Below are positions 22,830 to 35,244 of a stretch of DNA of 64,000 bases, piece by piece. The notes beneath the pieces are model-generated. The model did no database searches. It was given only the letters and a program-made list of their open reading frames with translations, and had not been told where the DNA came from. The stretch covers positions 53,077,901 to 53,141,900 of the forward strand of contig NC_068981.1 of assembly GCF_001194135.2 (NCBI RefSeq). The letters run 5' to 3'. Each line of letters opens with the position of its first letter. The first letter of the stretch is position 1. This stretch comes from Octopus bimaculoides (Eukaryota). Made by a program: the position numbers and the translations under genes.

Positions 22830-24855
22830 TTATTATTATTATTGTTGTTGTTGTTGCTATTATTATTTAAGACGTTGCACAATATCCAATATCATGATGT
22901 TGTTGATTGAAGATATTGTGTCTAACCGCAAGTTTGTACTGTTTGTCAAGTCATAACAAGGACCTCAGACTGGCAGTACTTTACGTAATATATGTGCAGT
23001 CCCAAGTAATGCCGATTTTTGCAATACACCTAGATTGTAGAGTATTTCTAAAGTTTCCAGATATTTCTTCAGCTTGGTTAGTATTGAATCCAATGTTCTG
23101 ATGACAACAGGGACAACCTTTATGTTTGACTTTTGTAGCTACCACACCTTGGCAATTTCAATTCTCAGGTCACTGTATTTATCAATCTCTTTTTTTTTCA
23201 TGATAATATGTTGATTTCCTGGCACTGCCTCGTCGATTATTAGGCACTCTTGTTTGTCCAGCCTAAAGGTTACAATATCTGGCCTTCGATGCTCTAACAC
23301 CTTGTCTGTCTGGAAGTCAAAGTCCCAGAGAATTTTTGCCTTCCCTTTTCCCTCCATTACTTTTCCAGTGTATGTTGGGATCAAACACCTGTTACTTCAT
23401 ATCTATACTACCAGCATAGCAGCCAGTGAAGGTTTTGGGCTACCTTGTCATGTCTGCGCTTGTACTCTTTCTGCATAAGACTTTCACAAGTGCTAAAAAT
23501 GTGATTCATGCTTTTGATCCTTTTCCCACACGTCCTCCAGAGCTCCGTTGCTCTTGTGTGGTATATATCCTTTTCACTGAGTTGGTATTCAATGCCTGAC
23601 CCTGGGCAGCAATGATTAGGCTTTCAGTATTCTTTTTAGGTCCCTTGCTGAGCCATCTCCATGATGCTTCTTTTAAGTTGTTAGTTTCATGATGGAACAT
23701 GTAATTCCATGTGGAGTAGAATTTCTTCTCTCTCATTGGCTATCCGTGATCAGAATTCATTAGCACTCTCAAGTCAATTTTTAATAAATCCTTCTGCATT
23801 GACAGCATACTGTAGCAGGTCTTGTTTGCTGTTTACCAAATATTCTGCCATGTTTCTTCTTTCACTGTTGATGCACGCCCATATGCTAATCAGCTCATGT
23901 CTACCTTTACACCTCTTCATGTAGAGTCTGTGTATGTTCATCTTATGGTGGAGGGCATCATGGATTGTCATTGTCTTTCATGTAATGCGATCGAGTTGGT
24001 TAATCTCTTCTTGTGTCCATTTCAGGATGGGTGCACTATAGTGGACTACAGCAATAGCCCATATGCTGATGGCAGTCACAAGGTTCCCTGAGGTGAGCTT
24101 TGATTTCAAGAGAAGTTTGAGGTGCTTCAAATATACAGTGATGACCTTGACTTTCATTTCTCTGTGCATGATATTGTCCAACTCCAGGATCCCAAGGCAT
24201 TTGTACCCATTATCATCCAGGTCTTCCATTCTCCCTCCATTTGGCAATTTTGTGCCCCTATAATCTGCTTTTTCCCCCTATTTTAAAGTGAGCACTGAAC
24301 ACTTTGAAATACCGAATTCCATTGCATCCTCTGAAATTGCTGGCCTTGCACCAAAATTTGAAATCATTATTGTTATTGTTGTTATTCATGGTGTATAAAA
24401 CTAATTTAATAAGTATGACAACATAGTTTTGCTGCTTTCTTTGCAGCACATCTGCACAGTCTCAATAAGCCTCTCCATTTCAGGCTCTGTTTTTGCAAAC
24501 AGTTTTAAATCATCCATGAAGAGAAGGTGGTTGAGACATAGCCCATTCTTTCTCAGCTCATAGTGCATGTCGACTTTGCATAGGAGTACAGAAAGTGGGA
24601 TCAAGGCTACAACAAATAACAAAGGTGAACAAGAGTTTCCCTGGAAGATACCTCTTTTGATTGTTACCTTGGCTAAGTGCTGGTTGTTACAGAAAAGACA
24701 TGTTTTTCAACTAAGCATGCTGTTCTTAATCAGTGCACACATGTTCTCAGCAATTCCACACATATCGAGTGTTTCCAAAATCCAAAAATACAGCAACATG
24801 TAAGCCTTTTCAAAGTCTATCCATGAATGTGGCAACATGTCGAAGCCTTTTTATA
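22830..24855 (-). mobile_element. R4/Dong-clade LINE, 5'-truncated ~2 kb (C), RT plus RLE endonuclease
   Basis: DYKKAFDMLPHSW (~24830), HLLFMDDLKLFAK (ORF 24401-24622), YKCLGILE, AAQGQAL, ILWDFDFQTDKVLEHRRPDIV...IIDEAVP (ORF 23139-23384). (TAA)n at both junctions; frameshifted. Confidence 0.9.
24331..24443 (+). repeat. 113-bp copy of 25114-25226 (1 mismatch) inserted inside the R4 RT
   Basis: Identical except acaacatag/acaaaatag; interrupts TVQMC(CK)|...AMEFGISKC. Confidence 0.9.
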
Positions 24856-24860
24856 GTCTA

Positions 24861-24923
<63 letters not shown>

Positions 24924-24949
24924 TATTATTATTATCATCATTATTATTA

Positions 24950-25165
24950 TAGAATCATTAGAACACTGGGCAAAATACTTAGGGGCATTTCATCCGTCTT
25001 TATGTTCAGAGTTCAAATTCTGTTATGGTCGACTTTACTTTTCATCCTTTTAGGGTCAATAAAATAAGTAACAGTTGAGCACTGGGGCTGATGTAATTGA
25101 CTATGCCCTTCCCCTGAAATTGCTGGCCTTGCACCAAAATTTGAAATCATTATTGTTATTGTTGT
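24950..25165 (+). mobile_element. Nin/Deu-domain SINE (further copies at 25725-25865 +, 38470-38570 -, 39170-39305 -, and fragments near 7360-7550, 33720-33800, 53500-53580)
   Basis: gagttcaaattc...ggtcgactttacttttcatccttttagggtcaataaaataag. Confidence 0.75.
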
Positions 25166-26351
25166 TATTCATGGTGTATAAAACTAATTTAATAAGTATG
25201 ACAAAATAGTTTTGCTGCTTTCTTTGTAATTTATAAAATTCAAATTATCTTTTCAGTTGACATCATTATAAGAAAGGTACTTTCTACAGAATGGAATCAG
25301 ATGCCAAATGTCTGTTGTTTCCTAATTATGGCTTATTGCTAGGCTTCAAAAGCATTACAGAACAGTAGAAGAGTAATTATTATAAGAAGTGTCATGTCAC
25401 TAAACACTAGTTCTTTGGTTTGGTTGATGCCACATTCCCAGCAGTAAAATTCAATTCCCTCCAGGCATTCTTTTAACTGTAGAATTAAACAAAAAATTTT
25501 TCCTAGCAGAATATGAAGAAGATATTGTAAAGAAGAGTGTCAAAACTTTTCAACTAGCCAATTAGAAGAGGAAGAGAGCTGCTGTTGATAGCAGAACAAA
25601 AAAAAAAAGAAAAGAAAGAAAGAAAGAAAGAAAAGAAAAAGACATAAAGAATCAAACACCCTGTATAAAAAGAGTACTCAAACTGAAGTTTTACTTTTTC
25701 ATTTATTATTAGCTTCTATGAGAGTTGTGGGTTGGCAGTATCATTAGAGCACTGGACAATATGCCTTACAGTTTTTGTTCAGGTTCTCTATGTTCTGAGT
25801 TCAAATCCTCTTGAGGTCAACTTTTATCTTTCATCCCTCTAGAGTCAATAAAATAAAATACAAGCAGATTGACTAAACTGACTAATTCTCTTCACCTATT
25901 AACAGCTAAATTAGTGATTATTAGTTCTTATGTAATTAACCTTGTAAACAATAATTTACTGGGATTCCTCATACATAAAAGTAATGTGACCTTAATCCAT
26001 AAAGTTGTTAATTTATTTCACATCACATATGAAGAAACAAATAGTCTGTGCCTTTACTTCATGAGATTCAGTTTACCAAATTTCTCTTCTTTTCCCTCAG
26101 TCTGTAGGATTAGTAAATATAGGATTGTCCTTTCTTTGCAATATTCAAACATGTAAACATTTTGATAATTTTAGATATATTTTAATATTATTTATTTGAT
26201 TGTCATTTCATAATTGAAAGTATGTTCTTACTGCATATTTCTATAGTCATCAAACTGATTTAATATATCACACCAAAAATAAATTTTGGATTGTCAACAC
26301 TAGTTCTTTGGCTTGGTTGATGCATCCAATGAAAGTATACCTTAGTTACTG

Positions 26352-27230
26352 TATGAGGTTTGATCAATAAATATCCAGACTGTTGCCATAGTAATGAAGC
26401 TAAAGCACACAGAGAAAAACGGCTTGGCAAAACTTGACCATGAACTCTGCTGTGCATGCACACTAAGTTTTAAAGCTCTAGCTCACTTTTGCTGTTTACA
26501 GCAGTTCTTGGTGACCATCGCATTGACCATGACAGTAAAAGTTATCATGGCAATACCTGCTCAGAGGCCTACACAAAATTGCAGAAAGTGTACGGAGAGG
26601 AGTGTATGAGCCGCACACAAGTGTACGAGTGTTTCAGACATTTCCAAGATGGCCAAAAAAATGTTGATATTGATGAATGTTCTGGGAGACCTGCAACCAG
26701 TAGAACTGAGAAAAACATTGCAGATGTACATGTGGCTCTGAGGGTAAATCATCAAATGACCATCCATGATTCATCAGAGGATGTGCAGATTAGTTACAGT
26801 TCAGTTCAGTCCATTATCACTGAGGATTTGGGTATGAGATGCGTGTTTGCCAAGTTCGTACCAAAACTGCTTTCAGCTGTCCAAAAAGACACCCGGGTTC
26901 AGTTGTACAAGATCTCCTTGATTGTGTTGAGAATGATGAAAACTTTTTGAAAACTTTGCATAGGACTCTGAGCAGGTTTCACCAAGCTTTTAGCAAAATA
27001 TGATGCAGATTCTCTGCTCAACTTTCTCTGTCATGGTCAATGCGATGATCACACGCTACACATCTTCCTTCAAAGCACTGTTGTAAACGGTAGAAGTAAG
27101 CTAGACAATTAAAACTTAGTGTGAATACACAACAGAGTTCAAGGTCAATCTATACCAAACAGCTTCACTCTCTGTGCTTTAGCTTCGTTACTATGGCAAC
27201 AGTCCGGATACTTATTGATCAGACTATGTA
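26352..27230 (+). mobile_element. Internally rearranged mariner with ~240-280 bp inverted termini; only the N-terminal half of the transposase
   Basis: Outer TIR TA(T/C)GAGGT(T/C)TGATCAATAA(A/G)TATCC(A/G)GACTGTTGCCATAGTAA at both ends. ORF 26489-26950 has the HTH (KVYGEECMSRTQVYECF...SGRP) and AKFVPKLL. 26945-27230 is an inverted copy of the 5' end. No DDD domain. Confidence 0.88.
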
Positions 27231-27392
27231 GAAACAGAAATAAAGTTAACAAGAAACAAACATAAAACTTTGTCTTTTCAAATAAATAAGCTATGTGATA
27301 AATACGGACATACTAGGACACGTCTATTCCATAGTTAAAGATGCATGGTGTACTTTTATGAGATGCAGTGGGTGGGAAGTAATGTACTAGAT

Positions 27393-27540
27393 CAGCCATA
27401 AGCAAACTTTAGTCTACACAGGATTTCCAAAATGTCTCACCTTTTGAAAAATGACCTTGAATTTTTTTAATAGTGTGGCTTGCCTGATGATGAACCATGT
27501 CTCATGTGGCTTGCTTCTTGAAAAAGGCTGCCCATGACTG
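27393..27540. mobile_element. hAT-type MITE (148 bp) with a perfect 8-bp TSD
   Basis: TACTAGAT at 27385-27392 and 27541-27548; TIRs CAGCCATAAGCAAACT / AGGCTGCCCATGACTG. Confidence 0.85.
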
Positions 27541-27735
27541 TACTAGATATTAGACCACAAGATTATGAATTCACATTTTACTTCAAATATTGTTTTAGAA
27601 TGCAAAGCATATTATTCTATTAGATTCTGACTGTCTTCCTTCATGGTTAAATAATTGCATGTAGGAAGGGTGACAGGTTATATAAACAATTATTTCACAG
27701 TTGTTTTCAATAATCTTTAAACCAAAAATGTTCTT

Positions 27736-29472
27736 AAGACAGGTTGCCCCTGGGAGCTCCTCTATGCTGATGACCTTGCTCTAATTGCTGAGTCACTATC
27801 AGAACTAGAGCAGAAGTTTCAGGTGTGGAAGCAAGGATTAGAATCGAAGGGCCTTAGAGTAAACCTAGCTAAAACCAAAGTCCTAATAAGTAGGAAGGTA
27901 GACAAACCACAAACCCCTTCAGGTAGATGGTCCTGCTCGATCTGTAGAAAAGGCGTAGGTAGAAACTCTATAAGATGTACCCAGTGTAAGCTATGGACAC
28001 ATAAGAGGTGCAGCAATATCAAAGGAAGGCTAACTAGCAAGATAGATTTTGTATGTGACAGATGCTCAGGAGCAATAAACACTGAAAATGTGCAGAGAAC
28101 AACTTCTGCCACATTCCAGGGAGAAAAACTAGAAGTAGTTAATAGCTTCCGTTACCTAGGTGACCAAATTAGTAGCGGGGGGAGGGTGTGCTGAAAGTGT
28201 AGCTGCTAGAATAAGAATAGCCTGGGCAAAGTTCAGAGAGTTCTTACCTCTGCTGGTGACAAAGGGCCTCTCACTCAGAGTAAAAGGCAAACTGTATGAC
28301 GCATGTGTACGAACAGCCATGCTACATGACAGTGAAACATGGGCCATGACTGCTGAGGACATGCGTAAACTTGTAAGGAATGAAGCCAGTATACTCCAAT
28401 GGATGTGTAATATAAGTGTGCATACTCGACAGAGTATAAGTACCTTGAGAGAATAGTTGGACCTAAGAAGCATCAGTTGTGGTGTGCAAGAGAGACGATT
28501 GCGCTGGTATGGTCATGTAGCGAGAATGGATGAGGATAGCTGTGTGAAAAAGTGCCACACCCTAGCAGTTGAGGGTACCTGTGGAAGAGGTAGACCCAGG
28601 AAGACCTGGGATGAGGTGGTGAAGCACGACCTTCAAACATTAGGCCTCACTAAGGCAATGACTTGTGACCGAAACCTTTGGAAATATGCTGTGCATGAGA
28701 AGACCAGGCAAGACAAGTGAGACCATAATCCGTGGCCTTTACCAGGGGTGTAGCCAGCCCACTTATTCGTACCTTTCCTTCTTTGGACACAAAACCCTGC
28801 TTGCGAAGACCTGTTGAGGCNNNNNNNNNNNNNNNNNNNNNNNNNNNNNNNNNNNNNNNNNNNNNNNNNNNNNNNNNNNNNNNNNNNNNNNNNNNNNNNN
28901 NNNNNNNNNNNNNNNNNNNNNNNNNNNNNNNNNNNNNNNNNNNNNNNNNNNNNNNNNNNNNNNNNNNNNNNNNNNNNNNNNNNNNNNNNNNNNNNNNNNN
29001 NNNNNNNNNNNNNNNNNNNNNNNNNNNNNNNNNNNNNNNNNNNNNNNNNNNNNNNNNNNNNNNNNNNNNAACACCATCTGAGTGGGATCACTGCCAGAAC
29101 AGCGGTCTCGCTCCCGTGCCGGTGGCACGTTAAAAGCACCATTTGAGCGGGATCGTTTCCAGCTTCGCTTTACTGGCACTTGTGCCAGTGGCATGTGAAC
29201 AAAACATTGCACTGCCTCCTGTGCAGGTGGCATGTAAAAAACACCATTTGAGCGTGGCCATTGCCAGTACTGCCGGACTGGCCCTCATTCTGGTGGCATG
29301 TAAAAAGCACCCACAACACTCTCGGAGTGGTTGGAATTAGGAAGGGCATCCAGCTGTAGAAACTGCCAGATCAGATTGGAGTCTGGTGTAGCCATCTGGT
29401 TTGCCAGTCCCCAGTCAAATTGTCCAACCCATGCTAGCATGGAAAGCGGACGTTAAATGATGATGATGATGA
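27736..29472 (+). mobile_element. RTE-clade LINE, 5'-truncated, with RT C-terminal half, internal C4HC3 finger and complete 3'UTR
   Basis: PWELLYADDL (YADD 27763-27774), GLRVNLAKTK, FRYLGD, RRLRWYGHV, GRGRPRKTW. Frameshift ~28190 and stop at ~28454. Tail ends CGTTAAA(TGA)n. Confidence 0.95.
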
Positions 29473-29929
29473 TCATCATCATTTTTATATAGTTACTTCC
29501 TTAATGGTTAATCTGATACTGCACTTTTGACATATTTATGTGCTTAAAACACGTGCATGCAGTGATACAAATGATACAAGAAAAAAAGCATACAGGCATA
29601 AAAATATATTTCTTGCTCTTGTTTATATCCTTTCAATATTTAATGATGAGTTTTAACATACAGATTTTTACACATATATTTTTAAGGTTAGAATTAATAA
29701 CTTTCTCTCACAAGCCATTTTTCATGGCTTCTTAAAGAAAATCTTGGATAACCTTCAAAATGTAATTAAACTTACAAATGGAAGTAGAACGTTTTGATAA
29801 CTTTAGCAAGTTCATCTGAGGTGTAGAGACGTCTTGGAGAGATGTCAAAATTTAGAACAGCATGAAGATAGTCAAATTTGCAGCTGGAACTCACAGTAGG
29901 CTTGAAACAGTAATCATTATCATTGCTGT

Positions 29930-30210
29930 CGTCGTCGTCGTCATCATCATTTAACGTCCGTTTTCCATGCTAGCATGGATTGGACGGTTTGGCAGGAGCT
30001 GGCAAGGCCGTGGGGCCGCACCAGGCTCCATTGTCTGTTCTGACATGGTTTCTTCGACTGGCTGCCCTTCCTAACGTCAACCACTTCACAGTGTACTGGG
30101 TGCTTTTTTTTTTTTGTGGCACCATCATCAGCGCTTTTTTACGTGACATCAATATCAGCGCTTTTTTACGTGACATCAATATCAGTGCTTTTTACGTGGA
30201 GCCATCACTC
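29930..30210 (-). mobile_element. RTE 3' tail copy with a 26-27 bp internal tandem repeat (ATCAGCGCTTTTTTACGTGACATCAAT x~3)
   Basis: catttaacgtccgttttccatgctagcatgg...gcccttcctaacgtcaaccac; repeats at 30127-30200. Confidence 0.85.
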
Positions 30211-30299
30211 GTGTTTTTTTTTTTTAATAATTTATAAACAAACTTCTGCAAGGTAATTTATCTGTACACAATTCAATACATACATAAAATATATGTAGT

Positions 30300-33064
30300 C
30301 CTACTGTGAAAAATTGTTTTGGGCTGGAACCCAAGTTAACGAAAATACATGAATAAGGATTTGACTGTCATGATGTTGAGTCTTATTAGATTCTCATCAG
30401 ATTCAGTATATTTGTCATGTGCTTTCTGAACTAGGCAATAAACACCTTATAAACAAACTGTTATCTACATAATACGGTGGTAATTAGACAAACATTAACT
30501 GAAATTAATTATGCCTTTCCTAACAGAAAATGACATAATATGTATTTATTATGTGAACATGTAAAGGAAACTGAAAATTGTGATAATGTTCTTCTCATTA
30601 CAGACACTTATTAACTAGAGAAAAATAAAAAGGCCACATATCGAATGAGATATTCGAAAACAAAAAATGCTAAAAGATACTCCTCAGAATTAAAATCATG
30701 ACAGGGATTTTCAAAATCCCTTTTTTGCGATAGATGGAGATTGCCTGAAGTAAATAAGGGAGAAGGAGAGAGAAGACAGCAGAAGGAACAACATAAAAAT
30801 TTAAAAAAACATGAAAAGGGAGAGAGAGAACGAAGCAGAAAAGAACAAGAGAGAGGAGGAGAGAGAGCGAGAGGAAGATAGACGGGGAGAGTGAGAGAAA
30901 GAGGAAGGGACAGAGAGAGAGTGAGAGAGAAAGAAGAATATATATATAGAGACAACAAATATGGAGAGCTAGAGAACTGGAGGCTAAGGGAGAAAGAGAG
31001 AGGGAGTGAGAACAGAGACAGAAAGAAAGATAGCATATAGAAAGAGAAATAGAAGAAAATGTAGAGTGTGAAAATGTCTATATTTCAGTGGAGGTTAAAC
31101 TCTCGAAAAATTAGAGAGAACAGATGAATGCTGGAAATAACATAAAGAATGTTACAAAATAAACATCGTAATATAAACGTTTAAATACAATTTTTATCTG
31201 AAATGATGTATAAAAAAACTAAAGATGCATTTAAGACTGCGGATCTTTCATCTCAGAGAGCAGGTTTATTAAAATTAGATTTTAGAAAAAATTATGCCAT
31301 TTAATTTCTATGACCCAGGTCATGTTTTCATACATGGTTTAACGAGCAGTGCGAGACTGTCACCATCACCCACCCTCCTGCTTATCACCATCATTACCCC
31401 AATCGTCATCATCATCATCATCACAATGTTCGCTAAACCATTATTATCACCACTAGCTCCACCACCACCACCACCACAATCGTCATAATAATCATCATTA
31501 TAATTGTCGTCATCGACCATCTCATCATCATTTTTTCGTTATTATTCTGCTTCATTTATGTTCTAGATTTTTATTAAAAAATTTCTTTTTGTATATATTC
31601 GGATTTATTTTTCATGCTAAATTTTTTAAGGGTACCAATGTCTCAGACGTAACTGTGTGGTAAAAATTATGATTGAATAAAAAAAAGAGAAGAAATACTG
31701 GTGATGATGCTGATGATAATGACGAAGACGACGACGACGATGACGAGGTGGATGAGGAGGAGACTGATGATTAAGAGTAAAGCAAATATGGTAGCTGCTG
31801 CTTCTGTTCGGCACTGCTGCTGCTAGAATCTCAATTATCTCAGCTAAAAGCTCGTTTCTCCTCTGTATTATGGCGACAAGTAGCAGCAGTCGATGACAGT
31901 AGAGCACTACCAGTAGTCAACATTGTTCTCACAGGGCCCCATCATCAGTTTGATGCTTTCTAAATCCACTTACATGACATATGCTACCTGCTTCACTATC
32001 TCGGATTAGTCGTATTACTTTGACACTTCAGCAAAACCGGGAATTCATAGAGACACATCCAGTGTTCACTGGTGTGTTATTTCCCTGACCTTTTATTTCA
32101 CGATGTCTATTGTTCAGCCGCCAAGTTCATTTCACAAAGTTATGTAAACAACAGTATTATTTCTCTATATGAATCTATGACCAAGCCGATCTGTTGTATC
32201 ATTTCATTTTCCGTGCATAATACAACAGCTGGCCAAACGTCTCCTCCACTGTACATAGTTACTCCTTGCTCCATCAACATCATGATGGAAACATAACACT
32301 ATGATGATTAAAGGTAAGTGTTATTATTCTGGCTTTTCTCTTGCATCTCGTTATTTTTATTCGTATAATGGCATCACTCTGTAGTAAAATTTAGATGGAG
32401 TATCTTTTAGATATTCATTACATTTAATTGTCTGTTTAGCAACATAATTGTGTATGCATAAATTCGCACATATAAATAGCTAATATACATAATCTGCCTA
32501 AGGGTAAATAACGCAATTGATGTAAAGTGTCCACAAAGTGAGGGTCAATTCTACAATTATACATTTAAGTGAAAAGATCCCCCATTTTTTCAAAGAGTTT
32601 CTAGCTTCCATTGCACATCTCTTCATCTTTTACCACTGGTACCTAAATTCTGCTGAAATATACTGTCAGCTATATATTTCCTCAGGGTTTGCCTGTGCAG
32701 ATGACGTTACTTACTTATCATCGAAGGCGATAGTGCAATAATAATGTCTTTATTGAAAAACAAAATCACTAAAATCTTTACAGTACGTATATATATATAT
32801 TTTTTCTTTTCTAAGTGATTTGCATGTTGGCGATTGCATGATGATGCCACCATGCCTTTGTGTGCGTGTGTCTTTGGTTCTGTGTCTCTCAGTACCTGAA
32901 TGTCGGTCTATGTGTGTGTGAATCTGAGTGATATCATATCAGTTCGATAGCTTACAGCACGTTGGTTTATTTAATTTTTTTAACACACACATGTATATAT
33001 ATTATCCGAATACGACTCGGATTTATGTTTTCTAAAAGACGATCATATATATATATATATATAT

Positions 33065-33098
<34 letters not shown>

Positions 33099-33108
33099 NN
33101 NNNNNNNN

Positions 33109-33145
<37 letters not shown>

Positions 33146-34392
33146 GGTAAATAAGAGATATGAGTGAGTGTTATGGACCAACCTACACATATACATAGAA
33201 AGTGACAGTGCAAACGAATTCTCATATTTTCAAAATGAACGGATTTAATTTGTCAATCGATTAACTAATTAATCAATTGTTAATTGCTTGAATGAAAGAC
33301 ATGCTAAAATGTCTAATAGACAAGGGAATAGCTGCTAGACATTTCTGAGACAGTTATATGTAATTCTGGCGCCTAGATTCGATGAAGGTGTCGAACTAGA
33401 CATTAAATATTTTTAATCGCATGGATATTTGAAGGTAAGTTATCGCTATATCCCTGCCCACCCCGAACAAAGACAAACAAATGTATGTCTTAGATTCATC
33501 TACATTGACTCCATTTGATGTAGAATTTTAAGAATCTATTGTTGAAGGGAATTTAGTCGTACCTTATTTTGTTTGGAGACGGTGCCAGCTTACTCAGTGA
33601 GTTATGTTTTTCTGGTGCTTATTTCTTTTTAACCATTTTTTGAAATTGATTTTTTTTTATTGTGATTCGCACGATCTTTTAATCTTGATAATATTTAATG
33701 ATATTTAACACAGGCACAAGGCAATATATTTTGCAGGATGAAATAGTTGATTAAATCGAAGTCTGTACTTGACGGATATTATTTTATTGAAGTTTCCAAA
33801 CGAAGGTTTAAAACCATTACGATTGTATTAAACATTTATAGATCTAACGTCAGTGAATGTTTTTCTCTTTTTTTGTTTTGTCGGTGACAAACCAAATTAT
33901 TTGGCTCCAATCAGTTTGATTGAGAATCAACGTAGATGAGTATTTTATTTAATAACCATAACAAAGCAACTGTTTTGGTGATCACTTCCTCAATATAATA
34001 CATACATATGGGTTTGACTTGCGTAAATTATTTTATTTCAATATATTTTGGTACTTTTTTTTTTAATTAAGGTATACTCGCAGATCATATATGTTCACCT
34101 ATATTGTCTCAGCATAATATTTATTTAATAATTCATTGAAGAGGAGAATATAATGAGGCTTTAATTCTGGTATTATTCGGCTTAAATAGGACTTTAACAT
34201 CTTTCACTTGCCCCAATATCCCATTCCTCTCCAAAATTCTTAAGTTTTTTAGATTAGTTTCTGTTATATAGTTCTATATTTAAGAGATGAGGAATTATGT
34301 ACATTATTTACAATTAACGGGTGTATGGGGTAGTGGTTAAGAGCGCGGGCTACTNNNNNNNNNNTATGTATGTATGTGTGTGTATATATATA

Positions 34393-34441
<49 letters not shown>

Positions 34442-35103
34442 AATATCTATCTAGCTGATGAAAACCGTGTAAATTAGTATTTTTCATAGACTAATGTAAT
34501 TAAGATCTGTCGTATTGTTATAAAAAAAATTCTTTCAATTAAATTTACACTGATTTTCTATAGAATGGTTTTATACAATTCCTTTGTCTTTTTGTTTTTT
34601 AATCTAGCATCTTTTAAAAGTACTTTATACTTTCAGTTTAGTACTTTGGTTACACAATTCATGCACTTTTCAAATAGATAATCAAATTCCGTCGGGATCG
34701 ACTTTTGTCTCACTTTCTCTTTTTTTCATTCTTAAGAGTTTCATAAAAATAAAATAACAGTCAAATACTGGTTCATTTTAATCAACTGTCTCCTCGTCTT
34801 CAAAGCGTGTGGCCTTGTGCCTTTGTCAGAGATCCTTTATAAAAAACGAAATTTTACTCATATTAAGAAAGTTACAAATTGTGAGGGTATCTAGTATAGT
34901 TTACACGATTGCCATAGAAGGCCACCTTAATACTCACTGATGTGACATGTCGGTTACAGTATTGTAGTAAGCTGATAAATACTTTTTTTATGAGTATGTG
35001 CCGGATAAACTTGCGTTTAATCTATGTTCCCATTATTCTCTGAGGATAATTTTTGTATGTGCATTGATAATTAATTGCTAACTTAGAAAACGATGTGTCA
35101 TTG

Positions 35104-35146
<43 letters not shown>

Positions 35147-35176
35147 TATTCTCTCTCTAGACATATGATATTAATG

Positions 35177-35244
<68 letters not shown>

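Noticed and set aside
29320-29460. Conserved RTE tail motif considered as an HDV-like or twister ribozyme
   Set aside because: I could not map the nested double pseudoknot or the twister core by eye; it is more simply a LINE 3' recognition stem-loop.
31294-31907. Poly-Pro/His/Asp/Arg ORFs in the CpG-rich region (also 5717-6013)
   Set aside because: Translations of trinucleotide microsatellites with no domain content.
33040-33150. Duplicated ATATGGTAAATA around (TA)n
   Set aside because: It flanks a 10-N gap and is probably a contig-overlap artefact.
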